64,000 nucleotides of DNA, taken from assembly GCA_001602865.1 (NCBI GenBank), contig LUZF01000004.1, positions 15,686-79,685 on the forward strand. Direction: 5' to 3'. A model generated the notes under the pieces. That model was not told where the DNA came from. It saw nothing but the letters and a program-made list of their open reading frames with translations, and did not search any database. The position numbers and the translations under genes are program-made. Source of the stretch: Bacteroidales bacterium Bact_14 (GTDB lineage Bacteria > Bacteroidota > Bacteroidia > Bacteroidales > UBA932). Of this stretch, positions 8,862 to 18,568 are shown piece by piece; position 1 is the first letter of the stretch; every line of letters starts with the position of its first letter.

Positions 8862-10232
8862 CTATTCATCCTGGGAGAACATCGGGTCCCATGCCGGGAG
8901 CATGACCGGCTTCTGCTCCAGCATCTTCATCACGTCGGCAGGCACGAACTGCTTCTCGAAGACGAGCCGGAACATATACTCGTTGAACCACTCGTCCGTC
9001 ATGATGATGTTGCCCTGGTAGCCGGAGGCGGCGCCCCAGCTGTTTTCGACCATCCACTTCTGCGGCACGCCGTCCTTCAGGTCCACCGCGATGAGGGTCA
9101 TCGCGTGGGAGGAGCCGCTCGCGTGGGTCATCACGCGCTGGCGCTTGTCCATCGACAGGTCCACGCCGAGCAGCGACTCGTAGTCGAAGTTGTTCAGGTC
9201 CGCGACGCCCCGCGTGCGGTCGAGGAACTTCGCGACGTCGCAGGAGAAGTACATCGCCTTGTTCGCCTTGATCGAGGCGATCGCCATCTCCTTGATCCGC
9301 TCGATCGGGAGATTGACGTATACCCAGTTCTGGCCGTCGTACAGGTGCCTGTCGTACTGGATTTCGTAGACCTTGCCGTATTCGCGGCAGGGGTCGTTCA
9401 TCACCATCACGTAATTGTTCTCCAGGTCGTAGCCCAGCAGCTCCCTGTAGAAGGACTGCGGCGTGTAGGTCTTCCCCTTCCACTCGAAGGAAGTCGGCGG
9501 CACGCCGAGGCAGAGCGCGAGCACGTGGTACACGTCCTTCAGCATCTCCGTCTTCTGCTTCTCCAGGTACGCCGGCAGGTCTTTTGCCTTCACCCCTGCG
9601 GGCGTCTCGCGCAGTTTCAGGCCGTCACGGCGCAGCAGGGTCTTCAGCTGCGTCGCCATCGCGGACGTATTGTTCGCCGAGAGGCTCTCCGTCATCACGT
9701 CCGCCGGCACGACGCCGTACTTCATCACGAGGTTCGCGACGCCCGTAAAAGTGCCGCCGTCGCTGATCGGGTTCGAGAACAGCCAGTCCACCTCGCGGTC
9801 GTCGAAGGACTTGTCGCGCGTGTCGATCACCGCCTGCAGGAAGAGGTTCGCCTTCTCGAGCTGGTCGTAGAAGAAGTTGTAGTTCTGCGAGAAGCGGAAA
9901 TCGCCGAGGTCGTGGGCCTCCGACGCCGCGGCGCGCAGGACATTCAGCCCCGTGAACAGCCAGCAGCGGCCGGACGACTTCTGGTCCGTGATACCCCAGG
10001 TCTTGACGCGGTCCGAGAAGTGGGTATCAATCATCGCGGCGTTGTCGGCGTTCGCCGACAGCACCGCGATGGAGGTCGTATTCAATGCATTGCGGATCGC
10101 CTTATCCGCGGCGTTCCCCGCGTATCCCTGACGGATTTCCGAGAGCATCTGCTCCGAGATCCCGCCCTTGTTCTGGGCGCCTGCCCCGAGCGAAAGCACC
10201 AGGAGCGCGAGTACGGTAAGTTTCTTTCTCAT
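8862..10232 (-). CDS. C1B cysteine aminopeptidase (PepC/bleomycin hydrolase family), secreted
   Basis: QKSSGRCWLF, HAM and VENSWG catalytic motifs. Signal peptide MRKKLTVLALL. Confidence 0.92.
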   Translation of the reverse strand: MRKKLTVLALLVLSLGAGAQNKGGISEQMLSEIRQGYAGNAADKAIRNALNTTSIAVLSANADNAAMIDTHFSDRVKTWGITDQKSSGRCWLFTGLNVLRAAASEAHDLGDFRFSQNYNFFYDQLEKANLFLQAVIDTRDKSFDDREVDWLFSNPISDGGTFTGVANLVMKYGVVPADVMTESLSANNTSAMATQLKTLLRRDGLKLRETPAGVKAKDLPAYLEKQKTEMLKDVYHVLALCLGVPPTSFEWKGKTYTPQSFYRELLGYDLENNYVMVMNDPCREYGKVYEIQYDRHLYDGQNWVYVNLPIERIKEMAIASIKANKAMYFSCDVAKFLDRTRGVADLNNFDYESLLGVDLSMDKRQRVMTHASGSSHAMTLIAVDLKDGVPQKWMVENSWGAASGYQGNIIMTDEWFNEYMFRLVFEKQFVPADVMKMLEQKPVMLPAWDPMFSQDE

Positions 10233-10276
10233 ATTTGCGGAATTCTTATTTCCACAAATATAACGAAAACTCCCGA

Positions 10277-11734
10277 CTATTCCGCGGGCTTTTTCGCGGC
10301 CGGCCGGACGATTTTCCAGCCGAGGAGCGCCATCAGCGTGGACATCAGCGGTGAAAGGATATTGAAGAAGCAGAAGGGCGCATACGCGAGCGTCGAGACC
10401 GACAGGATCGTCGCCTGCGTCATACCGCAGCTGGACCACGGAATCAGCGGCGAGGTCACGGTCGAGGAGTCCTCCACGCTCCGGCTCAGCAGCCGCGGCT
10501 CATACCCTCCCTTCTTGTAAGAGTCCCGGTAGATGTTGGAAGTCAGGATGATGGACAGGTACTGGTCCGAGACCAGCGCGTTCAGCGTCATCCCCGTCAG
10601 GACCGTCGAACCCACGAGGCCCGTCCGGCTCCGCGTCAGCGGCGAAAGCATCCCCGCCAGCTCGCCGATCATCCCGCTCGCCTGCATACACCCGCCGAAG
10701 CACATCGCACAGATGATCAGGTACACCGTCCCCAGCATACCCGTCATCCCCCGCGAGCTCACAAGCTTATCCACATCCAGGTTCCCCGTCTCGAGCGTCA
10801 CCGAGTCCGCGACCATCTCCAGCACGCCGGCGAATCCCACCCGCAGCGGGCTCCCCTGCGTCACCTTTGCGCCGATGCGCGCGACGACCTCCGGCTGCGC
10901 GATGACCGCCGCCAGGGCCGCGGCCGCGGCCGACAGCGCCAGCACCGCCACCGCCGGGAAGCGCTTCCAGATCAGGAAACCCGTCAGCGCCGGCACCAGC
11001 AGCAACCACGGCGAAAGATGGAACTGGCGCGACAGCACCTCGGAATAAACAGCCATCTGCGAGGACGGCGCGCCGCCGTGCGACAGCCCCAGGATTGTAA
11101 AGATTATCAGCGTAATAAGGATGGACGGCCCCGTCGTCAGCATCATATATTTGATGTGCACGAACAGATCCACCCGGTTGATCGAGGAAGCCAGCACCGT
11201 CGTATCCGACAGCGGCGAAATCTTGTCCCCGAAATATGCCCCGGAAATGATGGCGCCCGCCGTCATCGCATCGCTGAACCCCTCCGCCCGGCCGATGCCT
11301 AGCAGCGCGACGCCCACCGTCGCGATCGTGGTCCACGAGGACCCGATCAGCAGCGACACCAGCGCGCAGAGCACGCACGCCGTCAGCAGGAACACCTTCG
11401 GGCTGATGATTTTCAGGCCGTAACAGATCAGCGCCGGCACGATCCCGCTCATCATCCAGGTCCCGGAAATCGCGCCGATCAGCAGCAGGATCAGGATCGC
11501 CCCGGCGACCTCCCCCACATTCTCACGGATCCCCCGCTCGATGGTTTTCCACGACGTCCCGTCCATCCAGCGCGAGAGCACGGCGCAGACCCCCGCCGCC
11601 ACGAGCAGCGAGACCTGCGACGCCCCCAGGATGGCGTCCGGACCGAAAATGGAGATTCCTCCCGCCAGCATCGCCACCAGCACCGCCACCGGCACCAGCG
11701 CGACCCACCTTCTTCTTCGTGCAATTGCATCCAT
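10277..11734 (-). CDS. Na+/H+ antiporter NhaC family
   Basis: GSSWTT, SGAYFGDKISPLSDTT, LSRSVEDSSTVTSPLIPW. Confidence 0.92.
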   Translation of the reverse strand: MDAIARRRRWVALVPVAVLVAMLAGGISIFGPDAILGASQVSLLVAAGVCAVLSRWMDGTSWKTIERGIRENVGEVAGAILILLLIGAISGTWMMSGIVPALICYGLKIISPKVFLLTACVLCALVSLLIGSSWTTIATVGVALLGIGRAEGFSDAMTAGAIISGAYFGDKISPLSDTTVLASSINRVDLFVHIKYMMLTTGPSILITLIIFTILGLSHGGAPSSQMAVYSEVLSRQFHLSPWLLLVPALTGFLIWKRFPAVAVLALSAAAAALAAVIAQPEVVARIGAKVTQGSPLRVGFAGVLEMVADSVTLETGNLDVDKLVSSRGMTGMLGTVYLIICAMCFGGCMQASGMIGELAGMLSPLTRSRTGLVGSTVLTGMTLNALVSDQYLSIILTSNIYRDSYKKGGYEPRLLSRSVEDSSTVTSPLIPWSSCGMTQATILSVSTLAYAPFCFFNILSPLMSTLMALLGWKIVRPAAKKPAE

Positions 11735-11739
11735 AGACA

Positions 11740-12282
11740 CTACTTTTCTGTTTCCGCTTCGTTCAGATATTCATAATAGAAGAAGTCCTTCCACGCGACG
11801 TTCTCGATAAAGCGCCGCTGCTGCCCCCGGTACTGGAAGCCCAGGGCCGTGTACAGCGTCTGGGACGGCGTATTGGAGGCAAGGGTGTCCAGCCGGACCG
11901 CCTTCCTGCCGTTTTTCCAGGCGAGCGCGAGGGCCGCGCGGACCATCCCGGCGCCGATTCCCTCGCCCTGCCGGTCCGGGCGCACGGCGAAGATATGGAG
12001 GACGGCGACCTCGTCGTCCCGGAGCGGCTGCGCCCAGGCGACGGGGTGATAATCCTCGCCCTGGTACATCGGGAAGGCCATCGCGCTGAGGATGGCGCCG
12101 TCCTCCCGGTACAGGTACATACACCCCTCCGCAAGATACGCCCGGATGTCCCGGGCGGACGGGTGCTGCCCCTTGATCCACCAGGCCGTGTCCACGATAT
12201 TCGGGGTATGGGCGATCACATCCTCATAGAACGCGAGGAGGTCGTCGAAATCCCGGGGAGTTGCTTTGCTAAGTTCGATCAT
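11740..12282 (-). CDS. GNAT family N-acetyltransferase
   Basis: AVRPDRQGEGIG motif A, VRLDTLASNTP..LY..LGF. Confidence 0.88.
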   Translation of the reverse strand: MIELSKATPRDFDDLLAFYEDVIAHTPNIVDTAWWIKGQHPSARDIRAYLAEGCMYLYREDGAILSAMAFPMYQGEDYHPVAWAQPLRDDEVAVLHIFAVRPDRQGEGIGAGMVRAALALAWKNGRKAVRLDTLASNTPSQTLYTALGFQYRGQQRRFIENVAWKDFFYYEYLNEAETEK

Positions 12283-12289
12283 TATACTT

Positions 12290-13174
12290 TTATTTCTTCG
12301 GTTCCATATGCAGCGTGACCAGGGTATCCGGGCCGAAGAGCTCCTTCAGCCGGCGTTCGATGGCCGACGCCTGCTCGTGCACGTCGTGCAGCGGGAGCGC
12401 GCCGTCCATCCGGACGTGGGCCTCGATGGCGACGCGGCTGCCGATCCGGCGGGTACGCAGGTTGTGCGGTTCCGACACCTCCGGGAAGGCGTTGATGATG
12501 TCCTCGATCGCGCGCTCCTCCTCCGCCGACAGGGACTGGTCCGTCAGCTCCCCGAAACTCCCCCGCAGCAGCTCATACGCCACCTTCAGGAGCATTCCGC
12601 CCACCACGATGGAGGCCAGCGGGTCCAGCACGGCCCAACGCTCCCCCAGCAGGATCGCACCGCCGATGCCGATGGCGGCACCGATGGAGGAAAGCGCATC
12701 GCTGCGGTGGTGCCAGGCATTGGCCACCACGGCCTGCGAATCGAGCTTCCGCCCCCGCGCCACCGTGTACCGGTAAAGCATCTCTTTCACGAGAATGGAC
12801 ACCAGCGCCGCCCAGAGGGCCAGCTTTCCAGGGACCTCCAGCGTCTCCCCCTGCAGCCAGTGGGCGAATTTCACCGCGCCGGAGACGATAATGCCGATGG
12901 CTGCCCCCACCAGCGCGAGCCCGATGAACAGCGTCGCCAGCGTTTCGAACTTGCCGTGGCCGTAGTCGTGGGTTTCATCCTGGGGCCGCGCGCTCACCTT
13001 CACGAAAAGCAGCACGACGAGGTCCGTAAAGAAATCCGAGAGCGAATGCACGGCGTCCGCGATCATCGCCGCGCTGTGTCCCAGCACGCCGGCCACGAAC
13101 TTGAAGGTAAGCAGCACCAGATTCCCGGCGCTACCCACCAGCGTAACCCGATAGATTTCCTTCTCCCGATTCAT
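12290..13174 (-). CDS. cation diffusion facilitator (FieF-like)
   Basis: ADAVHSLSD, HDYGHGKFE, AWHHRSD, HNLRTR. Confidence 0.93.
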   Translation of the reverse strand: MNREKEIYRVTLVGSAGNLVLLTFKFVAGVLGHSAAMIADAVHSLSDFFTDLVVLLFVKVSARPQDETHDYGHGKFETLATLFIGLALVGAAIGIIVSGAVKFAHWLQGETLEVPGKLALWAALVSILVKEMLYRYTVARGRKLDSQAVVANAWHHRSDALSSIGAAIGIGGAILLGERWAVLDPLASIVVGGMLLKVAYELLRGSFGELTDQSLSAEEERAIEDIINAFPEVSEPHNLRTRRIGSRVAIEAHVRMDGALPLHDVHEQASAIERRLKELFGPDTLVTLHMEPKK

Positions 13175-13182
13175 GGTTAAAA

Positions 13183-13944
13183 CTATTCGTAGAGGGGTTT
13201 CCGGACCAGGTCCACGACCAGGTCCGCGACGCGCGCCACGACGGCTTCGGCGTAGCGGCGGCCCTTCTCGGCGGACGCCTGGAAGGGGTTGCCGATGCCG
13301 GTATCCGCGGTGGCTTTCTGCCAGTCCCGCGGATGCCAGGCCACCTTGCGGTTGAGGCCCTCGATGGCGAACGGGCGGGTCCGGCCGTCGCCGGCCAGCG
13401 ACATATCCACCAGCTCCGGGTAGTAGTGCATGATGACGGAGGTTTCCTGCTCGCCGGCGTGGTCGTCGATTGCGGCGTCGAAATAGCCCTCGCGCGGCAG
13501 GACCTCGTACCAGTTGCAGATGCAGACGAGGAAATCCGGATACCCAACCCGCAGGTCCCGGATGAAGCCCTTGAAGCCGTTGCCCCCGTGGCCATTGATA
13601 ATCAGGAGCTTATTGATCCCCTGGCGCCGCAGGGACTGCACGGTGTCGCGCAGCACCGCCGCCTGCGTGGCCTGGGAATAATGCATGCAGAAGGGCAGGT
13701 CCGTCTGCCCCGGATTCTGGGAGCCGAAGGGGACGCCGGGGAGCACCATCGCGTGGACGTCCCGCTCCGCTGCGCCCGCCGCCGCCTCGCAGGCGATGGC
13801 GGCCGACGCCAGCATATCCGTGCAGTACGGCAGATGGCCGTTGTGCGGCTCCGTCGCGCCCCAGGGCAGGATGGCCAGGTCGTAATGGTCAATCTGTTTC
13901 ACATCACCCCACCGGGCGGTCGTAATGTCATATTTGGAATACAT
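13183..13944 (-). CDS. creatininase/creatinine amidohydrolase family protein
   Basis: PWGATEPHNGHLPYCTD, NGHGGN, HAGEQETS. Confidence 0.9.
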   Translation of the reverse strand: MYSKYDITTARWGDVKQIDHYDLAILPWGATEPHNGHLPYCTDMLASAAIACEAAAGAAERDVHAMVLPGVPFGSQNPGQTDLPFCMHYSQATQAAVLRDTVQSLRRQGINKLLIINGHGGNGFKGFIRDLRVGYPDFLVCICNWYEVLPREGYFDAAIDDHAGEQETSVIMHYYPELVDMSLAGDGRTRPFAIEGLNRKVAWHPRDWQKATADTGIGNPFQASAEKGRRYAEAVVARVADLVVDLVRKPLYE

Positions 13945-13946
13945 AT

Positions 13947-14567
13947 TCACAAGGAGTTGATCGTTTGCTGCAGGCCCTCCAGGAATCGGGCGGCGTGGGC
14001 GCCGTCCATCTGGACGTGGTGGAACTGGACCGAGACCGGAAGGGTGGTTTTACACAGGCCCTTGTGGTATTTTCCCCACATCACCATCGGATTGTTGAAC
14101 CCCTTGGCGTATTGGTTGACGATGCAGTCCAGCTCCGTCTGGACGATCGCAGAGGTCCCGATGACCATCAGCTGGTCATCCAGGCAGAGATTCTGGCAGT
14201 TGGCTGCCGCGCGGCTGCAGATGTCCAGATAATCCGCATTGAACTTCTCCAAATCCTCGTCGTAAGGGATGTCGCAATAATTGATTCCGCCTTTGCAGTT
14301 GACGACCACCGGCCCGACAGCCAGCCTGTCAAACCTGTACATCTTATCTTCCGTAGGCAGCATATAGAATTCGTCAATCCGGCTCGCGGCCTTGCCGATA
14401 CACCAGCACATCAGCATCGAAAACTTCATGCCGGTCCGCTTGCTGACTTTCAATAAACGACTGACGTTCAACGTCTTCACCAGCGTCACCATCGGCATCG
14501 GCGAGGACATCCAGAGTTCAAAGGACGCGGCCCGCGGGGTCTCCTGGGGGGATACTACTGTCTTCAT
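13947..14567 (-). CDS. CatA-like O-acetyltransferase (chloramphenicol acetyltransferase fold)
   Basis: C-terminal PVSVQFHHVQMDGAH matches the CAT active-site signature HHxxxDG. Start at MKTVVSP; the upstream part of the ORF track is antisense to the GT gene. Confidence 0.8.
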   Translation of the reverse strand: MKTVVSPQETPRAASFELWMSSPMPMVTLVKTLNVSRLLKVSKRTGMKFSMLMCWCIGKAASRIDEFYMLPTEDKMYRFDRLAVGPVVVNCKGGINYCDIPYDEDLEKFNADYLDICSRAAANCQNLCLDDQLMVIGTSAIVQTELDCIVNQYAKGFNNPMVMWGKYHKGLCKTTLPVSVQFHHVQMDGAHAARFLEGLQQTINSL

Positions 14568-14624
14568 AACATACAAATTTAGCATAAAAAAGCTTACCTT
14601 TGATGCCCTGGAAACGATGTACGT

Positions 14625-15788
14625 ATGAAAGTCGGTCTGTTCATAGATGCCTGGTACCCGATGGTGGACGGGGTGATCAAGGTGGTAGACAATTACGCCC
14701 GCCGGCTCATCAACTACTGCGAGGTGGTCGTCTTCTGCCCGGAGACCCGGGGCTACAGGAAAGAAGATGACGCCGCCCTGCCGTACGAAGTGGTCCACTG
14801 CCATTCCCTGCCCCTGATCCATTACGACTACGATGTCCCGGCGCCTATGCTGGATCCGGTCTTCGAAGCCCAGCTCCTCCGCAGCGGAATCGACCTGGTC
14901 CACATCCACTCCCCCTTTGCGCTGGGTCTGGCCGGCGTGGCGTACGCCAAGCTCCACCGGCTCCCGCTGGTCGCCACCCTCCATTCCCAGTACAAGCAGG
15001 ACTTCGAAAAGCCGCTCCGCTTCAAGCCGGCCCTCGACATCGCGATGGACAGCATTATGCGGGTCTTCAACGCCTGCGACGAATGCTGGGCCGTCAACGC
15101 CGGCATCCAGGAACTCTACGAGCAGGAATACGGGCTCACGGCGCCCTGCAAGGTGCGCCTCAACGCGACGGACCACCGGCCCGTCGCCGACCCCGAAGCG
15201 GCCGCCCGCTGGGTGAATGAAACCTATGGCATCCCCGCGGACGCGACGGTGCTGCTCTTCGTCGGCAGGATCAACTTTATCAAGAACATCGATTTCACCG
15301 TCCGCGCCCTCTCAATCGCCAAACGCCTCGGGCTGAAGAACTTCCGTATGCTCTTCGTCGGGAAGGGACAGGATGAGGAACGCCTGGAGGCGCTGATCCG
15401 CGCCGAGGGGCTGGAGGAGGAGACGGTGCTCTGCGGCCTCGTTTCCGGCCGCGAAGCGCTGGAGAAGCTGTACTCCCGGGCCAGGTTATTCCTGTTCCCT
15501 TCGCTCTACGACGCCAATTCCCTCGTGCAGATCGAGGCGGCCTGCCAGGGCACGCCGACGGTCTTCCTGGAAGGCGCACGCACCGCCGCCACCGTGACGC
15601 CGGACGTGAACGCATTCATTTCCCCGGCCGGCGAAGAGAATTATGCGCGCCTGATTCTGGACATCCTCGCCGATCCGGCCCGGTACGAGCGCGTCTCGGC
15701 GGCCGCCCGCAGGGACCTGTATCTCAATTGGGACGACGTCGTCCGCGAGGTATACGCCGACTACCGCACCCTCGCGGCGCGCCGCTAG
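14625..15788 (+). CDS. GT4 glycosyltransferase (diacylglycerol glucosyltransferase-like)
   Basis: MKVGLFIDAWYPMVDGV, HIHSPF, FVGRI..KN, LFPS.YD...LV.IEAA. Confidence 0.85.
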   Translation: MKVGLFIDAWYPMVDGVIKVVDNYARRLINYCEVVVFCPETRGYRKEDDAALPYEVVHCHSLPLIHYDYDVPAPMLDPVFEAQLLRSGIDLVHIHSPFALGLAGVAYAKLHRLPLVATLHSQYKQDFEKPLRFKPALDIAMDSIMRVFNACDECWAVNAGIQELYEQEYGLTAPCKVRLNATDHRPVADPEAAARWVNETYGIPADATVLLFVGRINFIKNIDFTVRALSIAKRLGLKNFRMLFVGKGQDEERLEALIRAEGLEEETVLCGLVSGREALEKLYSRARLFLFPSLYDANSLVQIEAACQGTPTVFLEGARTAATVTPDVNAFISPAGEENYARLILDILADPARYERVSAAARRDLYLNWDDVVREVYADYRTLAARR

Positions 15789-15789
15789 C

Positions 15790-16896
15790 CTATTTTGCCT
15801 TCTTTTCCCCGAACACGCACCACCGCACCACAGGAATGCGGCGGAGCACCTCGTACAGCAGCGGGGACAGGGTGAAAACCGCCACGGTCAGGATCAGATA
15901 CATAGACCACGGCGGCAGCTGGGTATAGGTCTTCATCATATAGCCCAGCGCGGCAACAACCAGATAATGGACGATGTAAAGGCCATAACTGGAACGCGTC
16001 ATATAGCCCGCGAACCTGCCCGTACGGTCGAATTTCGCCTGGAACCAGCCCATCAGCGCGAGGCACGCCAGCCAGCCGTAGAGGCAATTCAGCGGCGCAG
16101 CCATATACTGCGGCGAGGTATTGTCCTGGCCGAAGGTCGTCACGACCAGCGCCACTCCGGCGATCCCGGCGCAGACGAGCAGCGGAATCCAAGCGTCCTT
16201 CAGCTTTTCCTGGACGGCGTCGTGCGAAAACACGAAATAGCCCAGCAGGAAAGATATCAGATAAAATACAGGCTTGTACAGGTTCCAGAGGCCGTCCGCC
16301 GATTCCGCCCGCGGTTCCCGGACCAGCGTATGCTCCCCCAGCAGGAAGAGCACGCCCAGCAGGATGATTGCGACGAGGCCCGCCTTGCCGCACCAGTTCC
16401 AGAACCTGTCCTTTTTGTCCAGCGCGCGCACGCCCAGCAGCACGAGGCAAAGCAGCCACAGCAGCTGGATGAACCAGAGCGGCCCGATTCCGCTGAAAGC
16501 CAGGATGAAATACCTGGCCACCGCGGGCACCCCGTCGAACACGCCCATGCGCTGCGCCACGGCCGTGTTGAAATAGCCCACCATCCAGTGGAACACGAAG
16601 AGGCCGAGGGTGCCGGGCACCAGGAGCTTGCGCGTGCGCGCCCGGAACCACTCCTTCGCGGACCGCGTCTGGAGCGCATAGCGCGCGCTGACGCCCGCGA
16701 GCAGGAACAGCAGCGGCATGAACCAGGGGTACAGGAGGTACATCACGACGTCCTGGTACTGCGGATGCGCCGGATACTCGCCGAACCCGCCGATGCCGCC
16801 GAAGACGCCCTTGTTGTTATAGAAGTAGATGACGTGGTAGAAAAGCACGAGGAGCACCGTCACCCAGCGCAGGTTGTCGATCCAGTGCTTTCTCAT
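15790..16896 (-). CDS. acyltransferase-3 family membrane protein (OpgC-like)
   Basis: IDNLR, H, FMPLLFLLAG, R..KLLVP, SYGLYIVH. About 10 TM segments. Confidence 0.85.
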   Translation of the reverse strand: MRKHWIDNLRWVTVLLVLFYHVIYFYNNKGVFGGIGGFGEYPAHPQYQDVVMYLLYPWFMPLLFLLAGVSARYALQTRSAKEWFRARTRKLLVPGTLGLFVFHWMVGYFNTAVAQRMGVFDGVPAVARYFILAFSGIGPLWFIQLLWLLCLVLLGVRALDKKDRFWNWCGKAGLVAIILLGVLFLLGEHTLVREPRAESADGLWNLYKPVFYLISFLLGYFVFSHDAVQEKLKDAWIPLLVCAGIAGVALVVTTFGQDNTSPQYMAAPLNCLYGWLACLALMGWFQAKFDRTGRFAGYMTRSSYGLYIVHYLVVAALGYMMKTYTQLPPWSMYLILTVAVFTLSPLLYEVLRRIPVVRWCVFGEKKAK

Positions 16897-17102
16897 CGGG
16901 TCAGGCCCTCCATCGCCTGGTCGAGGATGCCCTGGAAGACTTCCGTCTTGAGCAGGGCGATGCCCCGCTGGTCTCCCAGCAGCATCAGGGAATCCCCCGG
17001 TTTGATGTCATAGACCTTGCGGGCGTCCCGCGGGATCACGATTTGTCCCTTGTCGCCCACCTTGACAACGCCGAAGATGTATTTGCCGTTTTTCTCTTGC
17101 AT
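16893..17102 (-). CDS. AbrB/MazE/SpoVT-family DNA-binding protein
   Basis: VKVGDKGQIVIPRDAR...IKPGD. Stop overlaps the acyltransferase start (ATGA). Confidence 0.88.
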   Translation of the reverse strand: MQEKNGKYIFGVVKVGDKGQIVIPRDARKVYDIKPGDSLMLLGDQRGIALLKTEVFQGILDQAMEGLTR

Positions 17103-17164
17103 TTGTAGGAAATGTTAGAAATTTCCCACAAATGTAACGAAGTGTTTTGAGTAAAACAAGAGGA

Positions 17165-17794
17165 TCAGTCCATACTGACCAGATTCACGCCGGGAAGTTC
17201 GCGCAGGCGCGCCAGGATGCCCAGCGGGTAGTCCTTCTTCCGCACGAGGAGGGACAGCTCCGCCTTGTAATGCCCGTCCTGGAGGATCCAGGAGAACTGG
17301 CTCACGGCCTTGCCCAGGAGGTCGACCGCCTTCCCCAGGTCGTCCAGGTTGTCGGAGGTCAGGACCACGTCCACCTGACGCTGGCCATACTTGATGGCGT
17401 AGAAATGCATCCCCTCCATACAGGACATCAGGAGCAGCCAGCAGAGGACGGAGATCTCATACAGGCCGCCGCCCAGGGCCAGGCCGATGGCACCGGTCAC
17501 CCAGATGCCCGCCGCCGTCGTCAGGCCGCTCACGTGCCTGTTCTTCATAATGATGCCGCCGCAGAGGAAACCGAGGCCTCCGACGACGCCGGCAGCCACG
17601 CGCGCCGCGTCGAACTTGTCGGCGAACGGGAAGGCGTACTGGGAGATGATCATAAAGAGGCAGGAGCCCATCGCCACCAGGAAATGGGTCCGCACGCCGG
17701 CGACCTTGCCCCGGAGTTCCCTTTCATACCCGATGGCGGCACCGACGATGCCCGCGACCGCCACGCGGATGCTGAGTTCCAATGCGAGAGTCAT
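17165..17794 (-). CDS. MgtC/SapB family protein
   Basis: IGYERE...AGVRTH, GLGFLCGG, GLTTAAGIW. Confidence 0.92.
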   Translation of the reverse strand: MTLALELSIRVAVAGIVGAAIGYERELRGKVAGVRTHFLVAMGSCLFMIISQYAFPFADKFDAARVAAGVVGGLGFLCGGIIMKNRHVSGLTTAAGIWVTGAIGLALGGGLYEISVLCWLLLMSCMEGMHFYAIKYGQRQVDVVLTSDNLDDLGKAVDLLGKAVSQFSWILQDGHYKAELSLLVRKKDYPLGILARLRELPGVNLVSMD

Positions 17795-17876
17795 AGTCAG
17801 GAAGTTTTCAACAAATATAAGACATTTCCGATTTTATTTGTATTTTTGGGTAGTCAATAAACCACACTTTAGCAAT

Positions 17877-18563
17877 ATGAAAAGAATTACCTGTATCCTT
17901 CTAGCAGTTGCTACCATCCTCTCCGGATGCTCCTCGATGTCCAAGACCGGCCAGGGTTCCCTCCTGGGCGGCGGAGCCGGCGCAGTCGTCGGCGCAGCGG
18001 CAGGTGCCCTGATCGGCAAAGACGGTAAGGGCGCGGCAATCGGTGCGGCGATCGGTACCGCGATCGGCGCAGGTGCCGGCGCGGCCATCGGCCACAAGAT
18101 GGACAAGAAAGCCGAAGAACTCGCGGCCCTCGAGAATGCCAACGTCGAGACCATTACCGACGTCAACGGCCTCGAAGCCATCAAGGTGACCTTCGACAGC
18201 GGTATCCTCTTCCCGACCAACGGTACTTCCCTCAGCGATGCCTCCAAGCAGTCCCTGACCGACTTCGCCAACAAGATGAAGGACCTCCCGGAGACCGACA
18301 TCACGATCTACGGCCATACCGACAACACCGGTACCGAAGCCGTCAATGAGCGCATCTCCAACCAGCGCGCCGCCGCCGTCGAGACCCACCTCGCCGCCAA
18401 CGGTATCGCCAAGGACCGCATCCACGCCGAAGGCAAGTCCTTCACGATGCCTGTCGCCGACAACGCGACCGTCGAGGGACGCGCCCAGAACCGCCGTGTC
18501 GAGGTCTATGTGACCGCCAACGAGACGATGATCAAGCAGGCCGAGGAAGGCAAGCTCGAGTAA
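17877..18563 (+). CDS. OmpA-family lipoprotein with glycine zipper
   Basis: Lipobox LSGC, glycine zipper, GHTDNTG, N..S..RA, NRRVE. Confidence 0.93.
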   Translation: MKRITCILLAVATILSGCSSMSKTGQGSLLGGGAGAVVGAAAGALIGKDGKGAAIGAAIGTAIGAGAGAAIGHKMDKKAEELAALENANVETITDVNGLEAIKVTFDSGILFPTNGTSLSDASKQSLTDFANKMKDLPETDITIYGHTDNTGTEAVNERISNQRAAAVETHLAANGIAKDRIHAEGKSFTMPVADNATVEGRAQNRRVEVYVTANETMIKQAEEGKLE

Positions 18564-18568
18564 TCCGA

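Noticed and set aside
14568-15176. N-terminal extensions in the ORF track (CAT to 15176, pepC to 10439, ompA from 17487, methyltransferase from 54387, DPP to 58076)
   Set aside because: They overlap neighbouring genes. Better ATG starts with AT-rich leaders or signal peptides lie downstream.
16893-17102. MazE/VapB antitoxin of a type II TA pair
   Set aside because: The downstream gene is a membrane acyltransferase, not a toxin.
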